DNA of 64,000 nucleotides from Antedon mediterranea. Taxonomy: Eukaryota > Animalia > Echinodermata. Positions within the stretch are counted from its first letter, which is position 1; each line of letters begins with the position of its first letter. The stretch spans positions 2,790,001 through 2,854,000 of the forward strand of contig NC_092674.1 of assembly GCF_964355755.1 (NCBI RefSeq), in the 5' to 3' direction. Positions 27,140-41,800 of the stretch are shown piece by piece. Below the pieces are notes generated by a model that saw nothing but the letters and a program-made list of their open reading frames with translations, had not been told where the DNA came from and did no database searches. Made by a program: the position numbers and the translations under genes.

Positions 27140-30100
27140 TTTCTGTTGGAATAACTCCTCACTTTGACAGGAATTTTCTTCCGAGAATGAGTAACTGCTT
27201 GCACTCTCCTTGGACACGGATCTCATAGGGCAGAGATATGTTTGAGAGTTGGTTGAAGTTGATCTATCAATGTATTTACTATTCTTATGATAGTCATGAG
27301 GACGAGCGTGTCGAGGAGTACGTCTGGTAGGCATTCTCACTTCTAGTTTCTTCCAGAAGGTTTTATTAGTGCCACTGGGTGACCACTTCAAGACCTCTCC
27401 AGCTTTCATAAGATGCTGGAGGGCTTCCTGTCTGTTCAGACTATCTGGTGAAATTGGTCTGAACATGACTGGGATGATGTTCTTCTTCAGCCTGTGTTTT
27501 TCTAAAGCTTTATTGAATTCTATTGAGCAATATTGCCGTTTAATGTAATCTGGAGACAGCACTAAAATACAACATCTGCTACAGTTCACTGCATTCACCG
27601 AAACTGTACAATGATCTGAAAATAAAGTTCATTCAAGTGCTATAATAATTGTATGTGGGAATCCATGGTACATATTACGTCAAAGGTCAAATGTTCCTGA
27701 GATCGTTACTTCCTGTATGATCTAAAACAATTAAGAAATACTTTACCTTCTCCAGGCAGAAAATTGATCTCATCAATACACACATTGTACGACAATTCTT
27801 CCACAAGAAACGGACGCAAGGTACAAATGACAAAATCCCGGTCTTCTTCGGAGTTACTATATGAAATAAACGCATCAAATTTGCTGCTTTCTACAAAATA
27901 TAAAAACGTTTAGCATAAATGTATTGGTCAGTCCAGCTTGATGATCCCAATAAGTTAGAATTTTAGATTATAAAACCTACGCATTAATAATATTAGCCTT
28001 GACGAATAAATAGTGTTTTCCGAAATCTTGGACATTTTCGGTTTGATTTTATAGCTTTTTTGATTTGTATCTCCATAGAATTGATACCAATATATCATGA
28101 TACCTCTGATACCAACAACATTGACATTTTCCATGAGTAATGTGCTTTTAGTTTTATTTTATAAAACAATATATATTTTAAACTACTCTAGACCTAGCCA
28201 AAATCCAATTCACCTAATAAGCTAGTTACAATTTATACCATACACTCACTCACCATCAGAAGAACATTTTTCTAATTTTCTCCTCTTAATGAACAGGTGT
28301 ATATCTGTTTTGAAAATCATGTAAATTAACGTGAACACAAACAAGATTACTAAGGTTGAACCCAAAGCAAGAGCAACCACTGTGCTCCCTTCATTTATAA
28401 CTTGTGGCAAAGGCTCCGTTTTATCTTCTGAAATAAAACAAGACGACTTATCAATAAATAAAAAGGTTTTGGCTGCTTCAGTTTAGTACAGTCCATCAAT
28501 TATTAGATTAGATAGCCTATTATCAATAATTTGTACAAAGGTCAAATTTCAAGAATTTCTTTGACAAGAAATTCAAAACACACTAAACCCTCCAATTTAT
28601 TAAAGATGTATTGTCCCCCAAAACATGAAAAATGAAGAATTATTAAATCAGGCTTTGAATAGGTTATTTAGTAGTTTTAATAGAGTAAATAGTCAAACAA
28701 ATCTTATATAATGACAAAATAAATGGTTAAATTCAACTTTAAATTACAGTTTCTTCAGATAAATTTTTTTTTCTCGATCCAATTTTAGGTCAAAGTGGAT
28801 TATGTGACATTAAAATGGCATATTCAACCAAAACAAAAATTGATTGAGACACTGACCAATGATCTTGGTTAAGTTGAGAACATGAACTAGACTTTCTTCT
28901 CTTATCAACTGTACATAGTACTGCCCAAATGCATCATTGGTTATGTTGTATATGTGGAGTGATGTTCTAATGTCGGTTTTATCTCTGAAAAAACACATTA
29001 TATAAATAATAGATAATAATCTGGTTTCAAAACAAATTCATCTACTGTAGATATATTTATTTTATTTTTACTTATTTATTCAACTTCTCACTGAGATGTA
29101 CAGTACATCCAAAGACACAGACATAACACACATCTAGTGAAGGATGGGACCAACAGGTGGTAAACACCTCTAAAACAGTCCAGCCCCAATTGCACAATGA
29201 GCCCAGTTATGATCAGTGGATGTGTGTGTGTGTATTAGTACACCGGGGTAACATCCTACTTGTTTCAAAAGATGTACCATGTTCTTTAAAGTGCACACGA
29301 GCTAGATGTGTACACTGCACCTTTATAGTCCTTATCCTAGAAGACTCGTTCTACCCCAGAACCATGGAGTGATTGAGCCTCAAACCCTTGCCAAAAAAAT
29401 GCACCCCTCTTTATACACAATGATGGATGCACCCCTGCTGCAACTAAAGTACTACAAAAAGTTTCAACTTAAAGTTTTAATACCATCAATCAAACTACAG
29501 TGCTAGTAATGTAATCAGTCTAAACATACCCTTCTGGGCACTCTTCTTTCTTTACAACAAAAGTGGTAAAATTGGTAAATGGAACAGTAATATCTTCATA
29601 ACCAAAAGTATAGTATTGTACCACTGGCGAGTCGAGACTATACCAAATGATGGTAGGGCAAAGTTCACTACGGCCAATGTAAAAGTGACATTCAAATGTG
29701 ACGTTGTCCCCAATTCTTGCAGATTTGTCAAGGCAGTCTTTTTCTTGCAACAATTCGATAGTTCTTGTTTGTTTTGCTGTTAATAAAGTTTAAATAAAAA
29801 TAATATAAAATCATTTTTAGTGAAATGTTTTCATAATCTGAAGAGTACTTGCCACAAGTTAATCAGCGTGGTGCAAATTAGTATTTTATTAAGGTTTCTG
29901 GATCATTTTCTTGTTGTGATTGGGATAGATGGTTGGTAAAATTAAATTGTAACAAGCACTTTTGAAATTTGTGAAACAGAATAATAGTGAATCGATTATA
30001 AATCCCTTTTACTCTTACACTGCCAAGCTAAAAAACACATTTCATATCATAAACTTTTACGCTGTTACGGCCACTAAATACGCATTTTAGCGCCCCCGGT

Positions 30101-33045
30101 ATCACCCGGGTTACACAATTCCGGATCAACTCTGCAAATTTTTACTAGCATTGTAAAAATGGTATTTTGACTCACGTTTCACCCAAAGTTTTTGTGTAAA
30201 TTCCAATGTTTTGGTATCATTGCTAATAACACATTTGTAAGTACCCTCCATTCTCTCAGCAACTTCGCTAATACGTACTTCCTGATTGTCCTGCGCAAGT
30301 TGAATATTGCCTAATATAATGTCTATGGAATTGTTCCAATTGGGAAACTTCTGGCCCTCGAAATACCAAGTGATGTTGTCATAGTTACCAGCACAGCAAA
30401 GAATAGATACCAAATTTTCCTCTGTTTTAACTTCAAGGTTCGATGGGTCTGGATCAGTGAACTGCAAATCGGTTCCTTCATGAAATATAAATTCATTATT
30501 TTGAATTAAATTATTATTATGTAGTATTCATCACGCTAAAAATATTAGGGGCACACTGCCCCTTTGCTCTCATATAGTACATTTCATATAGGTCTACAGC
30601 CCCATTGGTGGTCGGAGGAGGTTTGAGAGGGTGGGGTGCAGCAGCCACTACGAGACATGAGGCTACCTGTTTTACTGAAAAATACTATGGACCAAGATGA
30701 CAGGAAAAAGGCCACGCCAGAGAGGGCACAATATTTGTAATAGTTTCCAGCAAAAGGTAAACCGTTTCTGACAGGGTTTGGGATAACATTATAGATGGCT
30801 AGTTTTCATTGATTCAAATGTAGGATCCCTTTAGCAATGGGCTTAGCATCCAGTATAGCTAAAATTGTGCGATAAATCATGACACAGGACGGGCCAGGGA
30901 ATAAAACTACTAATTTCACCCCGTCATTTCCCACGCTTGTGCTACCATCCAAATCCTTGGAAATATACCCCATAAATGGTGCACCTCCCCATATATTCCC
31001 ACACTTGTGCTACCAGATGCACAAAAATAATACCTCCTAAATGCTGCACCTCCCTGTAAGGAAATATTTAAGAGTGATCCCCACGAGATCTTTGTTTGTT
31101 TGTTTCTTTTATCTTTATACTGGATGACCTCTTCAGTCAAAGACTGATCTCCCAGAGGGCCCAGTTGGTGATCAGTGGCTGTGATGTACTAATACACCGG
31201 GGTAACCCCCTACTCGTCTCGAAAGATGTACTAGGTTCTTTAAAGTGCACACGAGCAAGTTGTGTACACTGGACCTACGGTTTATAGTCCTTATCCGAGA
31301 AGACTCGTTCTACCACCAGAACCAACCCATGGAGTGAGTGAGCCTCGAACCCCTGCCGATGTTATGGGTACGTGATTACGGTTCCACTGTCTTAACCGCT
31401 CGGCCACTCACCCACCGTCTACAGTTACAAATTATAGCTCTTCATCATTTTTATTTTCAAGGATAAAAAATATTTCTTAACATGTATTATTTAAAAAACT
31501 GATACTATTCTACTGTTCTGGTTTTTACACTGGGTTTAATATTTCCTTTTCTTAGTTAATAAAATAATAATTTCAAGGTGAAACGCTTTCTTTTCTAAAA
31601 AAAGACTTGTTTCTCGTTGAGTCATAAAACAGATGTAATCTCAAGTATGTTTTTACCAATATTATAGCAAGATTTCCCATGACGGGTCTCACTCAAATTC
31701 ATTTCTATTTGTGCTTATTAAAATTTCATTTGCTAAATACTGTATGCATTCAAATAAACACCCTGCTTTCAATAAACACCTCACCCAAATAAAATAACCC
31801 CTCCCCCACCCATAGAATATAATTTTGAATAAATGCGCCCCACATGCATATATTCACAATATTGTATTACAACACATTTCTATATGTACAGTAGTAGAAT
31901 TCATTGATTGACATGATCTACAATTTACCAATCATTTTGATACAATTTTTACTGTATTTTATCACTTCTCGATATTAACTGTATGTTGTATTTGTTCAAT
32001 TCAATCTATGTGGCATTTGGATAAAGGCCTAGCCTCATTTTAAATACTGTATCAATTATGTAAATATTGTATATATTTTTCATCATAAAGCAATATAAAA
32101 AATAAGAACATGGGGTGTGGTTTTGCTGTAATTCATCAAAGTCACACATTTTTTTGTCACAAAGTTTGATAGTGTAAACAGAGCTTTGTGTATCTGCTTT
32201 TTCATCGTCATTGTTTTCAATTCTCATTTTTTCTATGGGGTAGTATGTATTTGATTATAATATGTTACCATACTACACCCTTATTAGAATAAATATGATA
32301 GTACATCTTTTTTCAATGTGCATTTATCATTATTTGTATACCATTGTATTATTTGAAAATAATCATTTGAAAAAAGTTGAATAAATTGGGTTATCCCTCA
32401 CTAAAGAGATGCATGCCTATAGGCGTGTACTTAAATCAAACATCTGATATAACAACAAGGATTACAATATATTAATAACAAACTGAATTCTTAAGTACAA
32501 AACTGATCCTTAAAGTGCATTATAAAACAAACAATGACAAGTAAATGAATTATGAAGATTGCGTTAGGAGACATATTGTAATTAGAATACTTGTAAGCGA
32601 CTGTATTTATACGCGATCAGATAGATGAGAATTATTGATAACATAAATAACGATTACGAACAGGATGTTGATCACTAAAACCTTTATCTTAAATTATTCT
32701 AGTAGTAAATTATACAATAACTTAATTATTAATAATATTAACGATCTCAGAAGTTGTAAAACATCTTCGTCTAGCAGATTAGAAAAAAGATAAAATGGCA
32801 TTTTTCATCGGTTTTGTACAGAAATTCTAATTCTTCTGTAAGCTAGAAAATCTAGAATTGCAAACAGAGATTTTAAAATTTTTTAAACATTGGTTACATA
32901 AGAGGATAAACACAAAGGCAGTCAAAATTTTAAAATCAATTTTGAAAAAAAAAAACTCACCAATGATTGGATAATCATCACAGTCGTACGATGACGAGAA
33001 TGCTGGGATGGCAAAACACAAAACTAAAAGAACTGTTGGCAACAT
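27119..33045 (-). CDS. IL-1 receptor-like Ig-TIR receptor (signal peptide, 2 Ig domains, TM, TIR), about 524 aa
   Basis: Exons: 32961-33045 (signal peptide MLPTVLLVLCFAIPAFS), 30176-30475 (Ig1: ILCC..ITWY..EGTYKC), 29530-29776 and 28857-28984 (Ig2 split by a phase-2 intron), 28254-28427 (TM VVALALGSTLVILFVFTLIYMIF followed by KTDIHLF), 27747-27890 (TIR box1 FDAFISYS, BB-loop FLPGE), 27119-27615 (ILVLSPDY, YCSIEF, FWKKL; TAA). Joined length is 1575 nt, in frame. A probable 5' UTR exon has its donor at about 36432. Confidence 0.9.
29185..29395 (-). mobile_element. Deu/Nin-core-like SINE, partial and diverged
   Basis: Reverse-complement match to 26254-26562. Confidence 0.75.
31092..31412 (-). 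mobile_element. Full-length Deu/Nin-core-like SINE
   Basis: Near-identical reverse complement of 26254-26562, which is why two near-identical 63-aa ORFs appear in the ORF track. Confidence 0.85.
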
Positions 33046-33726
33046 TTTTTTAATCCTGAAAATGAAAAAATAATAATATTAATACAGTAAATTCAAACTA
33101 CATTTATTGAGCTTGGTTAAATTAATTTGCAACAATTATATTTATCAATTGACTTATAAATGAATGAACTTGAAAGTGGTTTGAAGAGTAACCACACTTT
33201 GAGGAAGTACGTACTTGTAGTTAAATTTAATATCAAATTTATTCTTTGTTTTTAATAAAATTTCTTTGAAATGTCTAGGTAAGTTATTAATTATATGAAC
33301 ATAGTCTAATCACGGAGGTAAAAAATAAATCTCCATGCTCCAATATAATTTTTTTTTCTATTGTAAATATGTACTGTAGCTACAGTATTTAATGTTAGGT
33401 TTTGCTTGAAGGATATAGCTTTTCTACAGGCATAAATTGATCAAAAGTAATAAAATATTGGATTGAAATGTAAACAATTAAAAGTGGAATACCTCTGAAA
33501 GTGTTTAAAAAAAAAATACATACCGATTTAAAATTCTTTAATGAAAATAACTTCTGCTGTCATCAGTGAATGGACTGTGAATGAAACTAAGCACTTATCT
33601 AACTTGTTTAATTACAGTACATGCAGTATCAAACGACCAATCACAATAGAATCATATAAAGGGGAGGAGCTAAAAGAGAGAACTTTTTTAGTTTACAAAA
33701 TATTTACAAAAATAGTGATTTTTGCA

Positions 33727-34031
33727 TTAAACATGTATTGTACCCCTGAAAAAAAAAATTATTTTTGTTGAATATGCCATTTTAATGTCAACTAATATTA
33801 GTTAATCCAAAAATTGGATTGAAAAAAAAAAGTATTTACCTAAAAAACTTAAAGCAAAAAATAGCTGCCAGTCAATAGGTTTTTGGTTGAATTTAACCAT
33901 TTATTTTGTCATTTTTTTCTACGGAAGTGATTAACTTTAAATATTAAAACTACAAAATAATATATTCAAAGTCTGATTTTATTAATCTTTATTTTCATTC
34001 ATGTTTTTTTGTAGGAACAATACATCTTTAA
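33727..34031. mobile_element. TTAA-flanked MITE (Kolobok-like)
   Basis: Ends TTAAACATGTATTGTACCCC ... GGAACAATACATCTTTAA. Related sequence at about 28600-28800 and 37585-37842. Confidence 0.5.
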
Positions 34032-34051
34032 AAGAAGAATTTTGAACATTT

Positions 34052-36155
34052 CGTCGTCGGCATCACAAAGTGACACTAACCTAAAAATCTGGAATTTTTG
34101 AAAAATTTTTTTCTTCCATATTTTGATTATGTATATCAAACTCTATGTTTTCACAAAATCTAAACATTCAAATATCATTAATTAACTAATTACATTAATT
34201 AGACAATATCAAAAAACACCCTCATATGGAATTTGCGTTTTTACGAAGTGACACTATTTATTAAATACCCGTATGTGCTGCTTGCGAGTGCCACACTGGT
34301 AATGAATTTTGCGTGTTTGTTTACTGTTTTGGCCTAGCCTACAGCCTAGCTAGGAGGATCTGGACGCACACGCCACAACATTGCATTTTATCAAGAAAGA
34401 CGGTAAGTTAATTAGTTTATTTAAAGAATTTTAGTCCGCTCATGTATCCCGAATGTCGAGGCATATTATATATTTATTTTATAATTAATATAAAACAGTA
34501 ATTTGACACACTTTAGCCTAGGCCTAGCTAGGCATATAGTAGGTAGGCCTAGACCTATTACTGTGACGTTTAGGCATAGCTAGCTTGCCCAGAGTAGACT
34601 CTTTAGCTAGGCTAAACTACTCTGCTTGATTTTTAACAATAAGAAATCACTGTTATTTTTAAAATGTGTTTTTTTTTTCAGAACAGTTTCAAGAAAATAA
34701 GATAAGGGGGAACAACCGAAATTCGATCAACAAGCAATCTATCTACATCAATTTAAGGCAGAATGTATCAAGTTCAAGGTTTAAAAATGGGGGAGGTGTA
34801 TGTAGGCAGCCTGTAGCAAGTGTTTATATTATATGAGCATTTTAGATGATGTTTACATCACAGAACAATGGATTGAATAAATTAAAAAGCATACTGGTAA
34901 TAGAAAAAAAATAATGTAACGACATTGATTAAGTATTTAATGATTTATAACAATAGAGAATAATTTTTGATATAAATTAATACTGGCTGAAGTACCAATT
35001 GTATTACTGAATTATTAATCGTTCAATGTTGAAAAAATAAATAATATTTGATAATAATTAATATGGAAACAAAATATGAATATGTACATTATGCTTACTG
35101 TACATTCCAGATAGGCCTATTTATATGTCTATGTAATTTGATGTTTTTATTAAAAGTGTTAAAGTAGGTCAAACTATGTTTTTAGATTTATTTGATGTGG
35201 TTGTTTTATTTATAAATAACCTAACCCTTTCTACACTATCAAACTAGTTTGACAAAAAAAGTTTGATGTGCCCAAATATGGAGTGATATTGCCATTGTGT
35301 CCATATAAGCACATCAAATTAATGTTGGTCACATTAAGTTTGATTTTATTTATTTCAACAATATTTTACTAGGGTGGTCCTTCCAGTCGAAGGTGATCAT
35401 TAGATAGAGAGAACCTCACAAAAATGCAATTTAAAAAGACAATAACATACAACAATTAAAAATTAAATAAAAATAAATAGAATTTATGAAAACTAACAAA
35501 CTAAAATAATGGAAAAATTAATAGAATCAAAAGGGAAATCAATGAAAACAATACATTACATGGCCATCTCAAAGGAGATGGCCATGTAATAAATAAGAAA
35601 GAGATGGTTCTTGAGCAAAAATTTGATGGAAATGGAAGATGAAGCAAGTCGGATAGTGCAGGCAGGGCTTAAAGGTGACATACATGTTTGTAATGTATAT
35701 ATAATAGTGTTCACTTATCAAGGACCATACATAATTGTTATGATGTAAGATCATTGCATTGGAAAGCTATGAATTACACAGTAGTGTCACTTCCAACGCA
35801 CTAGAAATACGTGGTGAAATCGAATTTGCGGTTTCACGAAGTGACACTATTAAACTGCGTTAGTGTCACTTCGTAAGCGTAAACTACGTAGGGAAATGAA
35901 TTTTTCGGTTTCACCAAGTGACACTAAAGTTTAACTTTAATTTACTTGGTAATTAATTAATATGATTAAAATTAAATTAAAGTAATGGGTAGCTGGATTG
36001 TCTAACTTTGTATGTATGTAAATTAAAAATCTTTGTGACATTTTTTTGAGGACGAAATCGTGTGTTTTGTGAAGCTCGTTTCTTCAATCGCGTTTTTCTC
36101 GAAACGCTGTTTTTATCAATTACGCGGTTAGTGTCACTTCGTGGTGTCGACGACG
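34052..36155. mobile_element. Non-autonomous DNA transposon, Sola-like, about 2.1 kb
   Basis: TIRs CGTCGTCGGCATCACAAAGTGACACTAACC / GGTTAGTGTCACTTCGTGGTGTCGACGACG, 4-bp TSD ATTT on both sides, and a repeated subterminal AAGTGACACTA motif. Confidence 0.72.
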
Positions 36156-38803
36156 ATTTGTTTAACAGGAAAATCAGATAAACCATCAGATATTCAATTC
36201 AATGCAACATTATATCAATTATTACTCGACAAAAAAATATCAATAAAAATATTAAGCTGTGTTAATAGAAAATAAATAACAAATGACATACACGGTGACC
36301 GGATCCGTTCTTTCTGAGCCAGTAAGGTACGTTGTCTGATCGCCAACCAAACTGGCTTCAACCAGCCTTTCCATATAGTTTAGCTAGGCCTAGACTAGAT
36401 TTAGTACGCTTTGAATGAAAGACAAAACTTACCATTTTATGACCGGCATTATCCAATTATACAACTATCATTTCCATATGTTAAGAAAGATATACGGCGC
36501 CGTTTTATTTCATTATTTTGTACATGGACATTGAAAAAAGTTTAATAATCTTTGGTGCCGGTGGTTGTTACGGTGGATTATCCCTTCCGCAATAATGTAG
36601 AGGTCGCGCTTCAAATACTTTCCGCTCACAGACACCAGAGACACGGTGATGCTTTTGTCAAGCTAGCCAAAACAATAAGTCAGCCATAACCCAGCCCACT
36701 TTTATTTTTTCCAGCCAACAATGAAACGCCGTTTGTTTATTTTTTACATTTTCAGTGTTAATTATAGCTTTTATGGTATTATGAATTAAATATTTTGTGA
36801 GAAAACGGCGGATTGTTCCTGAGAGTCACTTGGTGGGATTATACTGGACCACTGGTCCCGTTTACTCAGCCCTCTCATCTTTAAAATTGGAGTGGAACTC
36901 GATTACGATTTTAAAATATAGTGAAATTTGATACTGTATTTGTGAGAAAATGGCGGATTGTTCCCGGGAGTCACTTGGTGGGATAATACTATAGGGTACA
37001 TCCTTAGTCGTCCAGTGTAAGTTAGAGTAGGACCACTGGTCCTGTTTACTCAACCCTCATCTTTAAAATTTGAGTGTAGCTCAATTACGATCACGTGAAA
37101 TACTTTTCCATTTTGTCCAACGTGAGTTTAGTAAGGCCTATTCACATTCAATTTATTCTTTACTTCAAATAATATCCATATAGAGAGAGTTGGCCATTAT
37201 ATAGGCCTACATAGGCCTAACATAAATAAATGTATTCTGAGAGGTATCAGAATAGGCTATATATAAAATAAATGATTTTACACCATCAGGCCAATGGGTA
37301 CAATATTTTGATTCAAGTTAGTTAGTTATCGCCATGGTTTTCGCATTATCAGCTCATTTCACACGGTTCAATTCGATTCTCAAGCATTACATAAAACCAA
37401 TTTATGAGTTTTTTAAGCATTTATCTAGTCTATATGCATTTTAACAATCCATAATATCACAAAGCAGCGAATGAAAACACGGAATTGGTGCATTGCGATC
37501 TGTAGGCCTGAGAGACACGATCACAATGTTTAAACAGTGAAAGATATGTTCTCCAAGAAGATATTCCAAAATGTTTTTTGTTTGTGTATTCAATATGCCA
37601 TTTTAATGTCAGATAATAGTCAAACTTCAAAAATTGGATCGGAAAAAAGGTAACTGTAATTTCAAAGCAAAACACAGTAAAATTGTCAGAAAATGTGTTT
37701 TTTGTTAAACTTATGTGAAATCGTTATTTTGGTCTATTTTTTCTACGAAAGTGAACATTTATTAAAACTGCAAGATGGCCTATTCAAATCATGATTAATT
37801 AATTTTTCATGTTTTTAAGGGAAACTTTAATCATCTTTAAATAAAACAAGATTAATATTAAAAAAGATGAACAAAAACAAATTTAAAATCATGTAATTTT
37901 ATTCCATAATTAAAAGCCCATACAAAGAATATCTACAACGTTTCCATCTAAATAAACTAATCAGACACCTTTTCTCGCTTTTAATCGCATTATAGAAATA
38001 ATTGTAAGTATAGGAACGTTGAAATATAAACGTTTAACAGACAAATCCACTACCAATTTTATTTAAATTAAAGTAGGCCTAAACTTAATCAAAATAAGCA
38101 AAACAAAACACGGCATGCGGATTAGTGTTGTGGTTATATTCTTAATTAATTTTCTAACAAATCTGTTATTTTTTCAGTCAATCTAGATAATTTAGAAAAA
38201 TTTACATTATACAGTACGATTTAAGGAAGTGTTTGGAAAAGCGGTAAAAATACAGGTTAAACATATTCATAGGCCCGGCATATTGTAATACATTATAATA
38301 AGAGATGATTTTAAGGCCAAGATGATTACCTAACATCTGATTAAATTAACAGAATAAATACAAATTGAAACCATGGCAAGTAGTAAGAAAGTACCCTATA
38401 CATTCATTCATCTTTTATTTCGGAAAAAAAAAATTAATTCTCCATAGCTCAAGAACAAAGAAAACAAAATATATATATAGGCCTATATAAATATAAATAT
38501 ATATAAAAAAAACACCTACGCCACATAGTCACGTGGTTAAAACAATAGCTTCATCCATCTATCACGTAGATTGGATGAAAGAAGAGCAAATTCATGAATA
38601 CATTTTGTGAAAATATAATATTGTCTGACCTCCCCAACCTGCACAACATGCCATACACCGGCTTACGTTGTAGTTCGTAGAACGAGCAGATGTGGTTTTC
38701 AACTAAAATGGTGCTGGCTCTGCATGACCTAGGTTTATTAAGTATATAGTATATAATATAGTAAAAATAACAGAGACATGCATAGAAAGTCTAAGAATGT
38801 GCA

Positions 38804-41800
38804 TTAAATATCAGTGAAATTAGGCCATTCTCCTACTAGACTCTCCATTTGTAGTTGCTCTTCAAAATCATCCTCTAATTTTTGCAACTGTTGTTTGAAT
38901 TCATTTTCTTTACCAAGCTTTGTTTTCTGAAAAATAACAATTCGGTCTAAATTTATATTTAGGCCTATATTTCAGATTCATTTTATATCGTCATAATGTT
39001 AAACAACTTAATACAAAACATATGAAATTCATTTTCCCAGAGACATTTAAAATTACACCAACAAACTAACAAATAATTTTTAAGTTTAAAATATACAAAA
39101 TACAAATATGCCTGTTTAAAAATTAAATTATATTTTTGATAATGCAAGTTATCATTATCATTACAAATAGTTTATGATTAAACAATAGGCTACTAAACTA
39201 ACCTGATTTGTTTCCAGTTCTTTTCCTGTTGCCTCTTTCTCCTTCAGTAACTGGATATCATTTAATATCCTTAAAAGTCTTTTGGACTCTTTTTGATATT
39301 CCAATGCATTTATTTGCCTTACAACTTGCTTTCCACTTTGTGTCCTTCTGAAATAGGTCGGTGATTTCCATTCATCAGGTATGGATGTGGCAGAAGGTGG
39401 GGAAAGATGTGATGTTGTCCTTGGTTTCACATAATATGCCACTGGTCCTGACCAGCTAAATCCAATGTAAAAAACAACTTCTTCCCGACTTTTAATTGTC
39501 GTTATCATAGTACTTGAAGAGGGAATAGTTATGGGTATGGATTCATATGTATACTGGTGTTTATAATTAATGGTATTGTTACCTGATAAGATGCCACTAG
39601 CCATAAATAGATTCTCTTTGACATAGCCACTCTGCCAGACTTGATCTGCCTGCTTTTCCAATTTACTTTGATTTGACGATATTTTGCTGTGGTGAACCAA
39701 TGCTTTCATACCTTTTCCATTTCCAAGGAAAAAGTGAACGCATGGCCGACTTCTCAAATGACCTCGATAAGGTCTGTGATGTGACAAATGTCCATCTTCT
39801 TGTTTATCCCGTTTCTGGGATGCATTCCAACGTTCCTTAATTTCCTTTAGAGACTTTTTCATCAAGCTGTTGTCATACTCCTGTGCCGGCTGACCTCGTG
39901 GCCAAAGCAACATGAGAAGAAATAATGGTGGATATAAGCTAAATCTCTGTTCGTCACAGTCACGTCTATCAAGTTCCTTAGCAAGATCGATCATTTCTCT
40001 GGTAGACGGCAAATCATACCGATATTTACCCTTTACGTTTACTGTCGACAGAGCTAAGTTTGTGAGCATAATGATTTTTAAGTCAAAGGCAGAGTAAGGC
40101 TTGTTTTCCAACAGCAACTTCCGAATTTCAAGCAGATTTTCAACTTTTTCTTCTTTAACTAACTCAAACACGTTTCTGATACTGACGCCACCAAGCTTGC
40201 GTGCTTTTAGGCGACGCACTTCATCTGCTGTTTCCGCTGATACAGACAATTTATTGTCGTCAAAAGAACCAAAATGTATTTCCCACGAAACAAAACATTT
40301 AGGAAGTCTAGACTTTATATCTTCAAATTCAGATTGACAAAAGTGTGTGAAGTTTGACCACTCTTTTTGAATTGTAATGTAGTTGATCAGTTTATCAATA
40401 GCCTCGTGTACATTTCTCATCAAACCTTTCATTTTCTTGTGATGTTCAGCCCACTTATCTAACACATCCGGTTTGTAGTGTTTGTCAACCAAGTATCTTT
40501 GTAGAATGCTTCGACCATTAGGAGATTGTTTGAATACATCAAGGCAAGCAAGAACATCTAACATATTAAATGTAATATTGAGCTCACCAGAGAAACTTGA
40601 CATATTTGTTTTATCATCAATTTCTTGTGATTTATGGAAACTGTCTATGCCATTAAAAGCCAATGTCAGCAACCTGCAACTATCATCTATGCTCAGTCCC
40701 TCATGTTTTAATACGTATTTACGATAAAATGATCGAATCAGTTCCTGCTTGTAAATTTGTCCTTTTGTGTCCCAATCAAAACAGTTGTTTTTTCTCATAT
40801 CAATAGCCTTATCTATAAACTCTAGGGCTTTAGTATGATCTTCCATTACCAGGTTGTAGTATCTTGCGATTTGTTGAGCAATCATTGGCTCTTTGAGAGT
40901 ATTAAATCCCTGAATAAGTACCTCACATGCTTTTTCTTTGCCGACATCTTTTATTGCCAATATAAGTGCCGAAAACAATTGTTTTGTAGAAGGACTCGGT
41001 CCTGTCTGATTCCTCTTGATAAGAAGATCTTGTGTTCGTGCAGCAAGATACTCTCGGCTATATGCAACAGCTGACAATAACTCGGACTCTAAATAAGTTG
41101 TCACTAATGAGCTCAGAGATTGCAAATTGGAGTGTTTTATGATAGCATCGGCTACTATTGGGTGAACTATTTTTAATCCTTGTACACTTCCTATGTCATA
41201 TGTCAACTGTACTCATCAGAACACGACAGCCTTCTGGCATAGTGTGTTCCCATGAACATCTTCGTTTCTTTTTTGCAGAAAAAGCAAACCCAATTAATTC
41301 GTCACAGCAAGAGACAGGAATTGCAGAATCTGGTTCAAATTTGCCGAATAACGAACAGAATTTTACCAATTCAAGTTCACGGGGACGGTGTTCTTCGAGA
41401 TCATCAATAATCCTTCCGACTGTACTTTGCACATAGTCAGATTTAAAATCTTCTTTCATTACCATAAAAGCAAGAAGGCGATCCGGCTTAAAATCTTCAT
41501 CACTTAGCATTTTGGTTTCAAGCTGATCATGCTTTGTCTGAAACCATTGTTTCTCTCTCTTATTCAATGATTGCCCTAACAATAAAGCATTGCAATCCTG
41601 AAGTAACGATTTGTCTTCTTTAATATCTCTTTGCGACATATATCTTCTACAACTGAGAATAACAAACGTACACCCTACAATGTGTCTTGTACTGTACTCT
41701 AATGAAATAACCATAGCTGTCAAGTCATTGTAAGGAAGGTTGTCACTAGCAATAACAAGAGGCAAACGTTCTTTTTGCAAATTGCAATCGCGTTCACCAT

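Noticed and set aside
41196-41206. Programmed frameshift or separate genes linking the 617-aa and 681-aa ORFs
   Set aside because: Copy A is continuous here. A 2-bp loss in a short AT repeat explains the break, and there is no slippery heptamer.
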